Source of the DNA: Podarcis muralis
Lineage: Eukaryota
Assembly: GCF_964188315.1 (NCBI RefSeq)
Contig: NC_135665.1
Span: 32,612,001-32,676,000, forward strand
DNA: 64,000 nt
Direction of reading: 5' to 3'
In this document: positions 9,766-22,778 of the stretch, in pieces
Position numbering within the stretch: the stretch's first letter is position 1
How the letters are laid out: each line of letters opens with the position of its first letter
Made by a program: the position numbers and the translations under genes
The notes under the pieces: model-generated
The model's input: only the letters and a program-made list of their open reading frames with translations
Database searches by the model: none
What the model was told of the DNA's origin: nothing

Positions 9766-12097
9766 AAGTATTTCTTGGGAACTGCCATGTAGTTCAAGAA
9801 TAATGCTTTATACTTCCACTTTTGCTCAAAACTGGCTCTTGCTATCTTGCTTGAATGCTGATTAAGCATTATTATTATTACCCCACCTTTTAATGCATGC
9901 ATTCAACATCGCATCTGTATGGGGCTAATGGCTTTTAGTTGGTTCAGATGCTCAGCTGTTAGTACTTATCAAATGGAAAGTAATCCAGAGAAGCAAAATC
10001 AACTGATGTGCCTCCATGTTTGAACTGGCACTTATGTAGGGAAATACTTTGATGATGACCGGTACTTCGTAAATCTGAACTATTAAATGTTAACATCAAA
10101 TATAGCAAGACTGGCCACTCATGATTCATTCTCTTGACCATGTGGTACCTGCAGGAAAGAATTTGTAGAAGACAAAGCAGGCTATCATGAGACCGCAGTC
10201 AGTTGCTACCAAGGAAAATAGGAAAACTACAGCTTTGGTACTTTAATTTTGCCCAGCAGTTGACCATTGCTTACAGTTCCAAATGAACTGCTCTGCTAAG
10301 TCACCATTTCCAGGGCAAAGAACCACACAGCATGCCCCACCCAGGGAGCCTCGCCCTGTAACCAGCCCATCAAAGGGTCTCAAAATAACTTCTGAAATAA
10401 ATTCAGTGCTGCATAAACTGTGTATCTGCTCTTGAAGCATTCCATTAAAACAAGAGGAAATTATTATGTAAAACATACTCTGCATGCAGTACTTTAAAAA
10501 CTCTCATCCTTTTTTTTAAAAAAAAGTGTTTTGATGATAAATAGCTGTTATTCTAGCAGGACTATGATAGCAGCTGCTCTAGCTAATGTCACCCAAATGC
10601 AAGGTGCTTTTAAGAGCCTTACCGGGTGAATTATGGCTCTTTTTACAGTCGTAAGGTTGGGAGAAGGGAGGAGGTAGGGAAACTTCGGAAAATGCTTGGA
10701 AAATGAGTCTAACTTTTGCTTGTGTTGGACGTCTGTATAGCACAGCAGAACAGCTGCAGCAATCTACCCGTGTCTTGTCAAAGCTGGCATGGATGTCATT
10801 GACTGCATTTTATGTCTTTCTTACCTGTAAATCATTGTTATGTCATATGAGACAGCCTCAGATTGTGGCGTGCCTTATTCTGAAGCAAGAAAAGATGGTC
10901 TGAATTAAATTTTTAGAAATAGTTTCTTTCATTTATTATTGGTGTGTGTGAGTTAGAGACCACACTTCTGTCAACTGGACTCTCTAGCATTTCATAGTAT
11001 GCACTTCTGGCCACGTTCCACAGGGAATTTCAAGATGAAAAGGCTTTGCATATGAAGGAATGGCCGCATCTTTCTAGGAGCCCATTCGTAGGGTTCACAA
11101 GCATCTTGGCTGTGTTCCCAAACCCATAAAGACCCACACAGACTTGAAACCTAGGTGTAAGCCCCAGGAAAATGCAAAGAAATGATCTAAGCAGATGAAG
11201 ATTTTATCCCTACAACTTCAGTATCACACAAATACTTAAACTGAATGTCAGAATCTTTCATGGTTGCCTAACTTCCCCAGCCTGTGTAGAGAGTTTGAAT
11301 ATCAAATTGCATCAGGATTGGAAATGTTCCTAGTTAAAGCATGCTAGGAATCCTAGGAAAAGATGGACTGGTCTTGTAAATATTACAAAATGCAGATCCT
11401 GTTTCAGTTCCTGGCATCCCAAAACAACAGTCACAAGAGGGCTAGCTATCTCCCTATGTCTGCAAACTACACAATTCACCTCCCGTTTGTACAGAGCGAT
11501 CTTTTTGTGCAATTTCAGTTCCCAGTGCTATAGCTTTGTAAAGGCATTTGGTACAGATGAGCCCCCCAAAAGCACGTTCCCTATTGATTACAGTACTCAT
11601 CTTAGTCATGAAAACATATCAGTGCAGAGAGAGAGAGCTTACCCACCCAGTCTCTTCACTGTCCCCATGAAACCCCTATGTGGTAGGACTGGAGGAAATC
11701 CCCCCTCTAGGTTCACCCAAAAGTTCCTCCCCTGATCAAATGAGGGCCAATCTTCTGTTGCTTTCTTTGAAGCTGGCAGTTGAGGCCTGCAGTTTGCGGA
11801 GATGATTCAGGGTGCCTTGCACTGCTCTGACCAGCACAGGGATTTTTAAAAAACTTATAAAGCAAGCAGCTGGAGGGAACCTCTTGGTCACCTCATAAAG
11901 TTAAGTAAAGTAAGCAGCAACCCTCTCCCCATTTATTTATTTTTTGAGAAACACCCCTACCTGGTTTTTCAAGAGACTTTCACTTTGCCCAAGCCCACCC
12001 AATGAATTACTTGAAATTTCCGACATGTATCTACCATGTGGTAATACTAGTACAAGCATAGAAACAATGGAAAGGGCTGAGTGAACAAGGAATGAAA

Positions 12098-12325
12098 TCC
12101 TGTGTGATGTAGCAATAAGACTGTGGAACTTGGGCCTGGGAGACCAGGGTTCAAAGCCCTACCTGGCCATGAAGCTCACTGTGAGATCTTGCACCAGTTA
12201 CTGCCTCTCAGCCTACCTCTCATGGTTGCTTTGAAGATAAAATATGGAAGAGGATAACTATATACGCCTTCTGGAGCTCCTGGAAGGAAAGGTGGGATAG
12301 AAATGCAAGAAAATGAGTAACAAAT
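12098..12325 (+). mobile_element. Old Ther1/Squam3-like SINE
   Basis: gggagaccagggttcaaag B box and 3' gagctcctggaaggaaaggtgggatagaaatgc. Homologous to 5477-5970. Confidence 0.75.
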
Positions 12326-12731
12326 AAGTTGCCAATCAAATGGGCTAGTTTGCTTGACTCCTAATAAATTTATTAATCTATGTGCATGGCAGCAACTGAG
12401 GTAGTTTAATCAACCTGCTGTGTTCCTTCTCCTGCACACACATTTGTTTTGTCTCCTTTTTAAACAATGTATGGGGAACAATTGTTTATTTAGCATTTCT
12501 GAAGAATTATTAAATGGGATGTTAAGAATTTAAGTACTGAAGTTTGGCTTATGGGAGGGGAAAGTCTTGTGTGGCTATCCTTCAGGAATTCCTCTTCAAC
12601 TTTCTCAAACATCCTGGATGAAGCAGCCCAACCAGTGGCTTTCTGGGAGCTGGCTACTTCCATTCAGCTGACATTTTAAAGGTAATTTAAGAATGGAGTG
12701 CAACTGAAATAATTCATACTCCATGTACCAT

Positions 12732-12737
<6 letters not shown>

Positions 12738-12783
<46 letters not shown>
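12738..12783. repeat. (AG)n microsatellite
   Basis: Direct observation. Confidence 0.98.
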
Positions 12784-12786
<3 letters not shown>

Positions 12787-15700
12787 CATTCATTTCAGCT
12801 GGCATCCTTTTTATCAGGTACACTATATAAGCAAACATGGTGTTGAGCTGTTGAGTCTGAGGTCATGGCTGTCCCGGAGCTGGAGCAGTGGTATATTTTA
12901 GTATGCGTTCATTACAAGGTACAGTGTACAGTTAAGAAACATGCCTGTGGCGCCAGTGTGTGATTATGGTAAGACAGACTGACCACTGGGAAATTGCTGA
13001 GCTAACAGGGAGGGAGCCGGGCAAAACTCTCCTGGAGCCAAGTTTACAGATGGTTACCACACCAGCACACCTTCTAATGACATATGTGAAGCGCTCTGTC
13101 CTCGGGATATTTGCTGCACTGAGATCTTGGGTGGGTTCCCTCCTCCTCTTTTTTCTAAAGGTGGCATGCCATTTATGAAATTCTCCTTCTAATTTTTTAA
13201 AAATTCACTAGTGTGTTTACATTGTCTCTTAAATTGTCACCAGGGGGTCATGTTCCATATCCTCCAGAAGCACTGCTGTTTTCCAGAAGACCTTCTTCAT
13301 AAGCCTTCAGCTTAGGAGGAGGTAAATTTCTTTCCAGCTTTTGTGGAAGTATGATCCTTTAATAGAGCTGCAATCACTGTTTCACACAACCACCGCTATA
13401 ATGGGATAATTGTACTTTTCAAATGACAAACACAATCACGTGAATTGCTTCGAATTGTTCTGAGGTAGGTAGAATGTGAAAAGATTGGATAATTAAACGA
13501 TACCCATTGAACATTTGTCATATCAAGCATATCTATGTCTTTATTAGTGGTCCAAAATATTGCACCAGACTTTTTTTTTTGTCTGTTCCAGAAATAGGGG
13601 GCAAGTAGGCAAAAATGGCACTCAGAGATGGGTGAATTTTGTTACTCAGGGCAGTGAAGGTAGATTGACATTAAAGAGAAGCAGGCAGGGGCTTCTCCTT
13701 CCTCTCACACAGAGACAAAAAGCTTTGCTGCCTCTTCAAAGGGCAGTAGGGCTACCTGAGTAGTCTGCCTTAATTTCGTGCAGAGTAGCCCAATTAGAAA
13801 GATTCTTCATCATGATGTAGCATCATCGCCATTGGAGCATTCAGTTTGCAACAAGGGTGGAACGCTGCTTATTTTAACTATGTGGTATGTAAGAAGTATT
13901 TCTGTTTGTCTGCCCTGAGCCTCGCAACATTCAGTATTACAGTATTATTATTGTTGTTGCAATTTATAACCCACCCTTCACCCTACAACAATTAAAACAC
14001 AGCACTAATGTTAAAACACAATATTAAAAACAGTTCAAAGCAATGTAAAATTCCCTTTTTAGGGAAGGGGTGAAGTTTGTGGAAGTTGGTAAAATGTACT
14101 CCTGGCCAGTAGAGTAACTTGGCTTCCCAAAAGTAGCCCCGGATGTGGGATGGCACTTTGGCTGTGCCTGTGAAAATACAAAAGGAAATGAGCACCCCTC
14201 ATCCCTCTAGGTAGAGAGGCCACAGACTCAACGCCAAGAATGCGGATTTGCATCACCAGCCAAGGAGACAAAGGGCAACACACATTTCCATGCAGTGACT
14301 TTATGTACAGATGCAAATTTAGGAATAATTAGAATAATTTAAATAGAAATGCAGGAAACTCCAGCTCTCAGAATGAGGTGCAGATTGCCCCAAGTTAGGC
14401 TAAATCCATAGAGAAGAAAGAGAGGAAATCCCACAGTTGCACACAGTATACATTTGGTATTTTAGAGGAAGGTCTTAAACGTTGATGCAACCTGAGCACA
14501 ATCTTGAAACAGCAGCAACTGGGACAAAATAAGACTCCTGCCTGGTCAGTGCATTTTGTCTATTGGTTTATCCATTGTATCAGGCTATAGGAGAGGGAAA
14601 TAGGAAACTTCAGGGACTCTCCGTTAGCTCTGCTGAAACACCAGCAACTTTTGACTCCTCCTCTATAAATGCTTCCATTCCAGCTGGTCACTACAAGAAC
14701 TCAGTAACCAAGAAGCAGTGCCAAAATTTGCCCTTTCTCAGTCCCTTTTCCTCTTCCTTAATGCTTGTGAGATTGCCTTCCGTAATTGCCAAAATTTGCC
14801 TTGTCAATTACATTTGTAAATCTTCTTGGGATTTTGTTTTGTTTTTGCCAAAGAGCAAGATAAAAATGCTTTTAATCATCATCTTAATTGTCATTGGCTT
14901 ACCCCTAAACAACAAGTACTAGTTAGGAACTGAGGTAGTTGCCTCTCAATCTGTTTTGGAGGGAAAAAAATAATAGATGTGAAAACCATCAGAATTCCAT
15001 ACTCCAAAAATCACAAACAGGGAAATGTTGCATCATACATTAGACAGACAAAGTGGGACACGGAGTGGGGTGGGAAGTGAGAAGAAACCATGAATAGAAG
15101 TGAAACGGACATTAAGGACATTGTACGTAGCATGTTATATCTAATTTTTGTCCATCTGAAACATCTGTCAGGGCTTTTGCAATGTTTCATGTAGTGCCAA
15201 ACATCTCCATTATTATTTCCTTAAGCTGAAACCAATCTTATTAATCCGGGTGCAGAAAGAAAGCTTTAGAATGTAAAGTCAGATATAATAGGACCTAATA
15301 AAGAGGCCAGAACCTGGAAGCACGTTTGCCTCATCAGGACTAAATAACACACTGGCAACTGAAACCAAAGAGTGCTCTAATGTCAGTTCCTGGGTTACTC
15401 ATCGGTTGTCTAGCGTATGATACATCTAATGAGCTGTGGGGGCTTGCACTTTAGTTTTTGCCTTTGTAATGGAGCCAGGTGATACTGATCTACTGTAAAC
15501 CAATGCTATTGATCCAAAGGCACTGTGATACCCATGAGCAGCCATGGAACTGACAGTAAGAGATTAAGCCACACTTCCCATGCAGAAGCATTAATGGTTT
15601 GGTATGTTTTAGAGGCGCATACTTCCTGGAAAATCAACAAAGTGTTTTGTAACACCTGAAAGCCTAACATATGTCATTATGGCATCAGCTTTTGTGGACT

Positions 15701-16215
15701 GGAATCAACTTCAACAGATGCATGAAGAAGACTAATTCTCACTTGCAGGTGGCAATGAGGTCAGAGGGAAAGGAGGGCACAGTGATCCTTTACAACAGCA
15801 GTGATTGGTGTGAAAACCATCAACCTGACAAGGCACCTGCCATTCAATCCCCCTATTTAGTGAGCTACTTAGTTAGGAAAATGTTTAAATCTCTTCATGG
15901 TGGTGGTGATGTTTTCCTGTCCACCTCATCAGATAGTTTGAGAAGCACTGGTGTAAACATGCAGTGGGGGGTGGGGATAAACTTGCTAACTGCTCTTCTG
16001 TCAATATTCCAATTACCCTCTGCATTTTGGAGGGTCTCCTGTACTAATGGAAGCTGCCAGCTTTCTAAAGCACACAGAGTGCCTCCAGAGGTGCAGGAGA
16101 CCCCCATTTCAGAAGATCACCCTCCATGAGTCCCAAAATGACAGGCATGGAGACAGGAGCTAGGTTAGCATGCTAATCTTTGTAGCCATTTCCCTCCTGT
16201 ATTTACTTTACATAT

Positions 16216-16625
16216 TGTCAGGTGGCTGCAAGCATGGAACACAGCCTCTTGGATAATGACGTCATCTATCCCTCCTTTCTCCCACTTCCTCATTCAACAT
16301 TGTCATCACCTCCTCTACGTGTGCCGCTTAGGGCCCTCTGTCTCTGAGCTCTTTGCTCTCCTACTTTCAAGGCTTGCCGGGTTCTGGAAGAGAGGTGGGG
16401 ATCTGGAATGCTTTCTAAAGACACTGTGTCCATCAGCTGTCACCCCCTGGTGATTCCTCTTCCTCCTCCTCCTTTCCCATTATTTCCCAGCTTTCCCCCT
16501 CATCTGCCTCTGAGCTGTGACCTCCCTCAAACTCCTATTCTAATTCTGAACTGTCTTCCTCTTCTCTGGAAGGGTCAGGCTGGGGAGGCGGTCTCCACCA
16601 TTCCTCCTCTGCCCAGTCCCTGAAA
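16216..16625 (-). mobile_element. Solo LTR/TRIM-like element (Gypsy-type termini)
   Basis: Termini tgtcagg...ccctgaaa (one mismatch from cctgaca) and a 5-bp TSD catat at 16211-16215 and 16626-16630. Purine-rich minus strand, like 22779-23349. Confidence 0.8.
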
Positions 16626-17040
16626 CATATACACTTGATCTGAATGCATGAAGACGGCAACAAATGCACACAGATATGTATGTCAAAATGACCTCTGGAT
16701 TACAGTCAGTTATCAACTTTCACTAGAAACTGATCTAATTGTGGTAGTTTACATAACCTGTCAATGAGCCATGTTGAATGCAATCAGATGAGACAAGAAA
16801 CAATGGCTTATCATGATGTGAATGACTGTGGTTCATCAGCTGCCCCTCTCTCTTCCACGTCCAATAAAACTGCAATGAGTCTGGAAGCCTTTGCTTCCAT
16901 TTTTTAACAAACCATGGTTTAGCATTATTATCTAAACCCAGGCAGACTGCAGCAAGCCTTAATTGTACTGTACTAAAACAAGCCAACTTGAAACCTTGGT
17001 CTATGCAGCTGACTTATTTCAACAAACCATAGCTGAACAA

Positions 17041-17208
17041 AAGAACACAGGAAGCTGCCTTATACTGAGTCACACTATTGGTCCATCTAGCTCTGCACTG
17101 ATAGGAAGTGACTCTGCAGGGTGCAAGGCAGGAATCCTCACAGCGCTAACTGGAGGTGCCAGGTATTGCACCTGGAACTTTTTGCCTTTCTACTGAGCTA
17201 CAACCCTT
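17041..17208 (-). mobile_element. Squam2-like tRNA SINE (degenerate)
   Basis: Reverse complement of the gtagctcagtag head and of the ...tataaggcagcttcctgtgttctt tail. Confidence 0.7.
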
Positions 17209-17340
17209 CTGCTAACCTAGTTTAAGATGGAAGGAAAATCCATTTTTCATCTCCAAGTGGCCACATGAGAGGAGGAGAGTGGAGGGGACTGTATTACATT
17301 CATTCAATATTTATCCAAATACAGTCATTGTGTCCCAATA

Positions 17341-17549
17341 CAGTGGTACCTCGGGTTACATACGCTTCAGGTTACAGACTCCGCTAACCCAGAAATAGTG
17401 CTTCAGGTTAAGAACTTTGCTTCAGGGTGAGAACAGAAATTGTGCTCCGGCGGTGCGGCAGCAGCGGGAGGCCCCATTAGCTAAAGTGGTGCTTCAGGTT
17501 AAGAACGGACTTCCAGAACGAATTAAGTTATTAACCCGAGGTACCACTG
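17341..17549 (-). mobile_element. Tigger/pogo-like MITE
   Basis: TIRs cagtggtacctcgggtta / taacccgaggtaccactg with TA TSD. Opposite orientation to the 3108 copy. Confidence 0.92.
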
Positions 17550-18540
17550 TACTTCCTTTTCATATTCTTAAAAAATAATGTGTCTAATCCAGTCACAGTT
17601 AAATTCCAGGTCTTTGAATTGTTTCCTTGTATCTATAACCTATCTTCATCCTCTGCTACTCTACCTTTTATTTGATACATTTAAATATATATTTTCCGAT
17701 GCAAAGATTCTCTCCATTTTAGGATTCAGGTAACACGTGATGTAGGTTTACATTAAAAAGGTTTCCTTGAGCCAAAAAAAAGAGCACTTTATAGTTCATG
17801 ATATGGATCCAGAGTGCAAGGAGTAAAGGAGGAGGGGATTCAAAACCCTGAATCTATTTTGCAATTCAATTTGTTGGAATTCAGATCCAAATTTTGTTCT
17901 GGCCTAATTTTGGTCTTACCTGCAGCTTCAGATGCAACCTTATCCTCCAGGTAAATTAATTTTGCCAGCTGTACCTAGCTGAGCTTGTCACTCCTATCCC
18001 TGCCTGCTGTCAATTTTATTGCTTTTCCCATGACTGATATTCTGTTTTCTTTCAATAACAAGCTTTTTTAAAAAGAGAGAGAGAGAAAGAGAGGGAGGGA
18101 GAAACTTAGTAATTTAAATTGGAAGTTATAATCTTTTTGTTTTTCACAACAGATGCTCTGTGAATTTTTTGAACGTATGCACGTCAAAGCTTCTCAGAAG
18201 TATTCAGATGCACTGCTGCAACCTGTAAAGTTTAGCAGGATAAAAGAGAAAATTATTCCTGACATCTATTTGCACTAAACTATATGCATCCGAGAAATGC
18301 TAAGCGCCGTCTTTGCACTTGCTAGAAAAGATCTAGGGTTTCAGTGGCATGGCACACACAAAACATAAGTGCTATATAAAGCATGTGACCTAAAGGGCTG
18401 GATCTTAACAACTGATCCTATAAAAAAAAGACAAAGTGAGAGAAAGAGAGAGAGAGAGAAAGAATGGGGGAAGGAAACCCACCATATGTGATTCAATAAT
18501 TTCAGTGCACTTTTTTTGGAGAAGTTTGCTTTAATCTTTG

Positions 18541-18770
18541 CTATTTTTTAAACTCACAGTCTGGAAAAGGATAGTCACTGATCACTTGAGGTATTGGGTC
18601 AAACGTTGTTTTCTTGTGGAGCTATTGGGGCGTGGGGAGTTGCCATTTAATTTTGCTATTTTTAAAACTCACAGTCTGGAAAAGGATAGTCACTGATCAC
18701 TTGAGGTATTGGGTCAAACGTTGTTTTCTCATGGAGCTATTGGGGCGTGGGGAGTTGCCATTTAATTTTG
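18541..18770. repeat. Tandem duplication, 2 x 115 bp, nearly identical
   Basis: aactcacagtctggaaaagg at 18551 and 18666, with only a few mismatches. Confidence 0.95.
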
Positions 18771-18973
18771 AGCCCATCTAGTCCAGCATCCTGCTGTCAC
18801 AGTGGCCACACAGATGCCTGTGGAAAACTCACAAGTAGGATTTGAGCACAAGAGCACTCTTTCTTCCTGCGATTTCCAGCCAGGGGTACTCAGAAATATT
18901 ACTCCCTCCAGCTGTGGAAGCACAACAACAACCATAATGGCTAGTAGCCATTGATAGCCCTCTCCTCCATGAA
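18771..18973 (-). mobile_element. CR1-type LINE 3' fragment lacking its terminal repeats
   Basis: cccatctagtccagcatcctgctgtcacagtggcc...tggctagtagccattgatagccctctcctccatgaat. Homologous to 48410-48585 and 43439-43580. Confidence 0.75.
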
Positions 18974-19451
18974 TAGCAAGAAATTATTAGAAACTAGGCC
19001 TGTACTTAACTAGTGAATTAAATACACAGCAGACAGGTTTGTGACTTGTTTCCCCCACCCCCTGAACTCATTATAGGGGTGACATGTAGTGGGGCTTGGT
19101 GTATTAGGACAAATGGGGCACTGCCTTTTGCCTGAGTAGTCCCAATGGACACCATCCATTGGTTGGTGCCCATAAATCAAAATGAAATAATGATGATGAT
19201 GATACCAATGCAACTTAAAAGTGTGTAAAACCACCCTCCTGAATTTTTCATTCAAATTCAGGATATGCAACATGGGATAAGGCAGAGATTACTTACAGAT
19301 ATTGTCTCCATTTTCCTCTGCTATGAAACCAGCAGCTTGTTTGGGACACCGCAAGCACTTTATAAATAATGGTGCTTCCAAAACTAGTGTCCATATGCAT
19401 TGCAGTGACTTACATTTGTTACCACGGCTCATTCTATCATTCTCTTTTAGA

Positions 19452-19820
19452 TAAAGGTAAAGGACCCCTGGATGGTTAAGTCCAGTCAAAGGCGACTGCG
19501 GAGCTCATCTCGCTTTCAGGCTGAGGGAGCTGGCGTTTGTCCACAGACAGCTTTCTGGGTCATGTGGCCAGCATGACTAAACCGCTTTTGGCGCAGCAGA
19601 ACACCGTGATAGAAACCAGAGCACACGGAAATGCCATTTACCTTCCCGCCGCAGCGGTACCTGTTTATCTACTTGCACTGGTGTGCTTTCAAACTGCTAG
19701 GTTGGCAGAAGCTGGGACAGAGCAATGGGAGCTCACCCCGTTGCGCAGATTCGAACCGCCAACCTTCCAATTGGCAAGCCCAAGAGACTCAGTGGTTTAG
19801 ACCACAGCACCACCCGTATC
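19452..19820 (-). mobile_element. Sauria SINE (Squam1), full length
   Basis: Reverse complement of the tRNA head (gggtggtgctgtggtctaaaccactgag...ttcgaatc) and the ggtcctttaccttt tail. Homologous to 60328-60711. Confidence 0.95.
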
Positions 19821-21228
19821 TCTTCTATTCTCTTTTACACAAGCACTACACAACATTAGTTTCTCCTTTCAAAGTTGTTTTTGAGTTTCTTCATCAAGTT
19901 TTTATACACAGATGCAGATGGTAGAACACATTACTCAAAAGAAAGGTTTTCTCTTTTTGTGTTCTCCCAGCATTCCTTGCAGTGACTGTCTTTACTTTAA
20001 CAGAAAGTGCCACAGAGAATTCTTAGTTTGAAAGAAATAATCTTCTCAGTGATAAAGTGGAGAAAGAGGCATTTTCAGAAGGAGCTGAGACAGCCCTGCT
20101 CCTGTCACATTCTGAGGAACTTCCTCTTTCTCCCTACTTTCAATATTAATGTGGTTTGGAAAATGCTGAGGAAATGCTGAGGGTGAACAGGAAGACGTGC
20201 AAACACCTTGCAAGTGGATCTGGATGAATGCTTGTTGCAGTGCAACCACCCCACAAACAAATCAGAATGCATGTTCAAGAAAGACTGAACCAGACATAGT
20301 CTAACCACCGCATAAGCTTTGTGCAAGCAAATCAGAATGAACGTGGAATAAATCTGGGGGATCCTTTATATAAGCATTTAAAGTCTGGTTCTTAAAAATA
20401 CAGTTTAGCTTGTGAATGCAGTCAGCAAAATGAGCGAACTATGTCTTGATGTTATCTGCAGTAAGTTAGACAACAAGAAAGGACACAGCTGCCGCCGCCA
20501 CCACGGACACAGCTGTTATGGTGACAAATACCACAGCTACCGAGGCTCCTGTTACCTTAAACCATAGAAGGGGACCATCTGAACAAATGCTCGAGTTTGA
20601 CTGTCAGATTCTTAGATGTGTCACATTTTTTTCTGTAGAGCTTTGGGCTGTTGTAACAGCTGTTTGTAAACACCGCAAATCCAACATTAGCCCAGGAAAG
20701 GAGGAAGGTATCTGTGTCCCTCACCCTTATTCTTCTCAACGTCTTTCTTCCTGCTCTGTGATTTTAAAATATTGCAGATATGCTGACACTTCTGCTGTTG
20801 ATTTAAATAGCAACTAGTCTAATCTTCCCACTGAGCGACCAATTGGCAGGCTCTATCCTTGACTCCTTCTGTGTCAGGTGACTCATCAGCATGTCTGAGA
20901 ATGTCTATTAGACTGCCAACCCCGGTCAGACAAACACAACAGTCAATTAGAAAAGTATTTGGGAGATGTCGGAATTCTGGCTCTGTCCATTCTGGTGATG
21001 AACAAACATATTCATAAAGGTGTTAGCATGTGCTGAGTCCCAATGAGGTGTACAGGGTGATAGCGCTGAATGCTCCTGGCATTACTTTTCCATAACACTA
21101 GGCTGAAACAGTGAGGAGAAGGAAAGCATTTCAAAATATACACACTCATACCTCCATCTTTGTAATGAGCTGACAGTCGGATGCAAGTCTGAGACAGGAA
21201 TTTGACAATGAGCACTCACACTTTACAT

Positions 21229-22299
21229 TGTGGGTGCCCTTTGCGGGATCGCACGCGGTGCTACAGTTCCCAGGGAGCTTAATGGCAAACAGGGGCTGGC
21301 CTGCCTCTCAGTGTTATTATTTGGAGGTTCACGCCCAGCCTCAGTAGTCAAGTTTCATTGCTGGGAGGGGGGGCCAGTCCCATTTATATATAGGGGGTGG
21401 AGCCGACAGTAGCCAGGAAGAAGAAGAGAAGAGTATGGATTTGATATCCCACTTTATCACTACCCTAAGGAGTCTCAAAGTGGCTAACAATCTCCTTTCC
21501 CTTCCTCCTCCACAAAAAACACTCTGTGAGGTGAGTGGGGCTGAGAGACTTCAGAGAAGTGTGACTGGCCCAAGGTCACCCAGCAGTTGCATGTGGAGGA
21601 GCGGAGACGCGAACCCGGTTCCCCAGATTACAAGTCCACTGCTCTTAACCACTACACCACACTGGCTCTCCAGGCAGTCGGCTCAGGAGATTCACCCACC
21701 CTACCCTCCCTTAGTTTAATGTTTTCTTGTTTGCAGGTTAACTTTTTCTTCCTGTTTAGCAGGCACTGCTACGGTCTTTGACTGGTTGCTGTTGAAGGAC
21801 TGGGTAGAATTTTTCCTGTATTGGCAGCTTTTGTCTTTCACTTAGTACTTCGTCACAACTTTGGCGGTTTATGGCCTTGGGTGGAATCCTTTAGTCTTTT
21901 CTTCCCTATAATGGGGGTGGGGGTGGGGCATGAAGTGGTGACTCACCCCCCTGTGGTGGCGATTCCAGGGTCCCCTCTTAAAAGTGGTTATATAATGAGT
22001 GTCAATGGCCATACACTGAAAACTTGTCAGTGAACTACCCTGTGTGTGGGGATATGGGCTGGGCTGCCTATGTACACATACGTCTTGCAGTGTACCCCCA
22101 TATCCCATTTACCCTGATGTGCCCCAGTTCCCCCGGCTGGGGGGCTGGGAGGGATACATGCCCAAGGCCTAAACCAAGGTCTTCCTACATTCAGAAGTTT
22201 AATAAAGCTGTGGCCTAATTTTAATTCCATAACACGTTTTCAGAGGCTTTATTCCTTTCTTATGATCCCTGGGGGCTGGGGCTGTTGCGGCCTGGTCAC
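21229..22299 (+). mobile_element. ERV-like LTR sequence (one long or two nested LTRs) containing a Squam3 insertion
   Basis: tgtg...caca termini, TATA-like atttatata (~21384) and gttatataa (~21988), AATAAAGCTGTGGCC at 22201-22215. TSD not resolved. Confidence 0.55.
21418..21669 (-). mobile_element. Young Squam3 SINE
   Basis: Reverse complement of 5686-5937, with a 5-bp TSD ccagg (21413-21417, 21670-21674). Confidence 0.93.
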
Positions 22300-22778
22300 A
22301 CAAAGCACCATGAGTCGTTGGCTACATGCACACTAACCCATTTGTTTATGCTCATCCTCAACATGCTGATTTCAATCTAGATTGATTCTATATCCTGCAA
22401 TCCATAAGGATGCATTTTGTTACTTGAGACACATTTGAAAACTTTCCTCTTTATTAGGTTATCCATGCCTTTTGCTTCCTGTACATGCCCCAGGTGGATG
22501 ACAAAGGAAATGTGGATTGTGATGTTGATATACATCCACACACAGTGTCACTTGTCAGGTGTGTTGTTCACGTCTATAACCTCATAACAGAGAATCTGTA
22601 TCTGGGCAGCTGTGGATACACACACACCCTCATTGCCAAGGCTGCCTACATCTGTTTTCATCTGTTTTCAAATAAACACACTGTGGCATAATCTAGAATT
22701 ATTCCATAATGAGCTTTTATTTCCAGAATAATACCAGTTTCTCAAGAAGCGCTTTTCAGGGGCATAAAAATATACAAC

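Noticed and set aside
19537-19800. Similar ORFs at 19537-19800 and 60348-60650
   Set aside because: Both are antisense readings of the Sauria SINE
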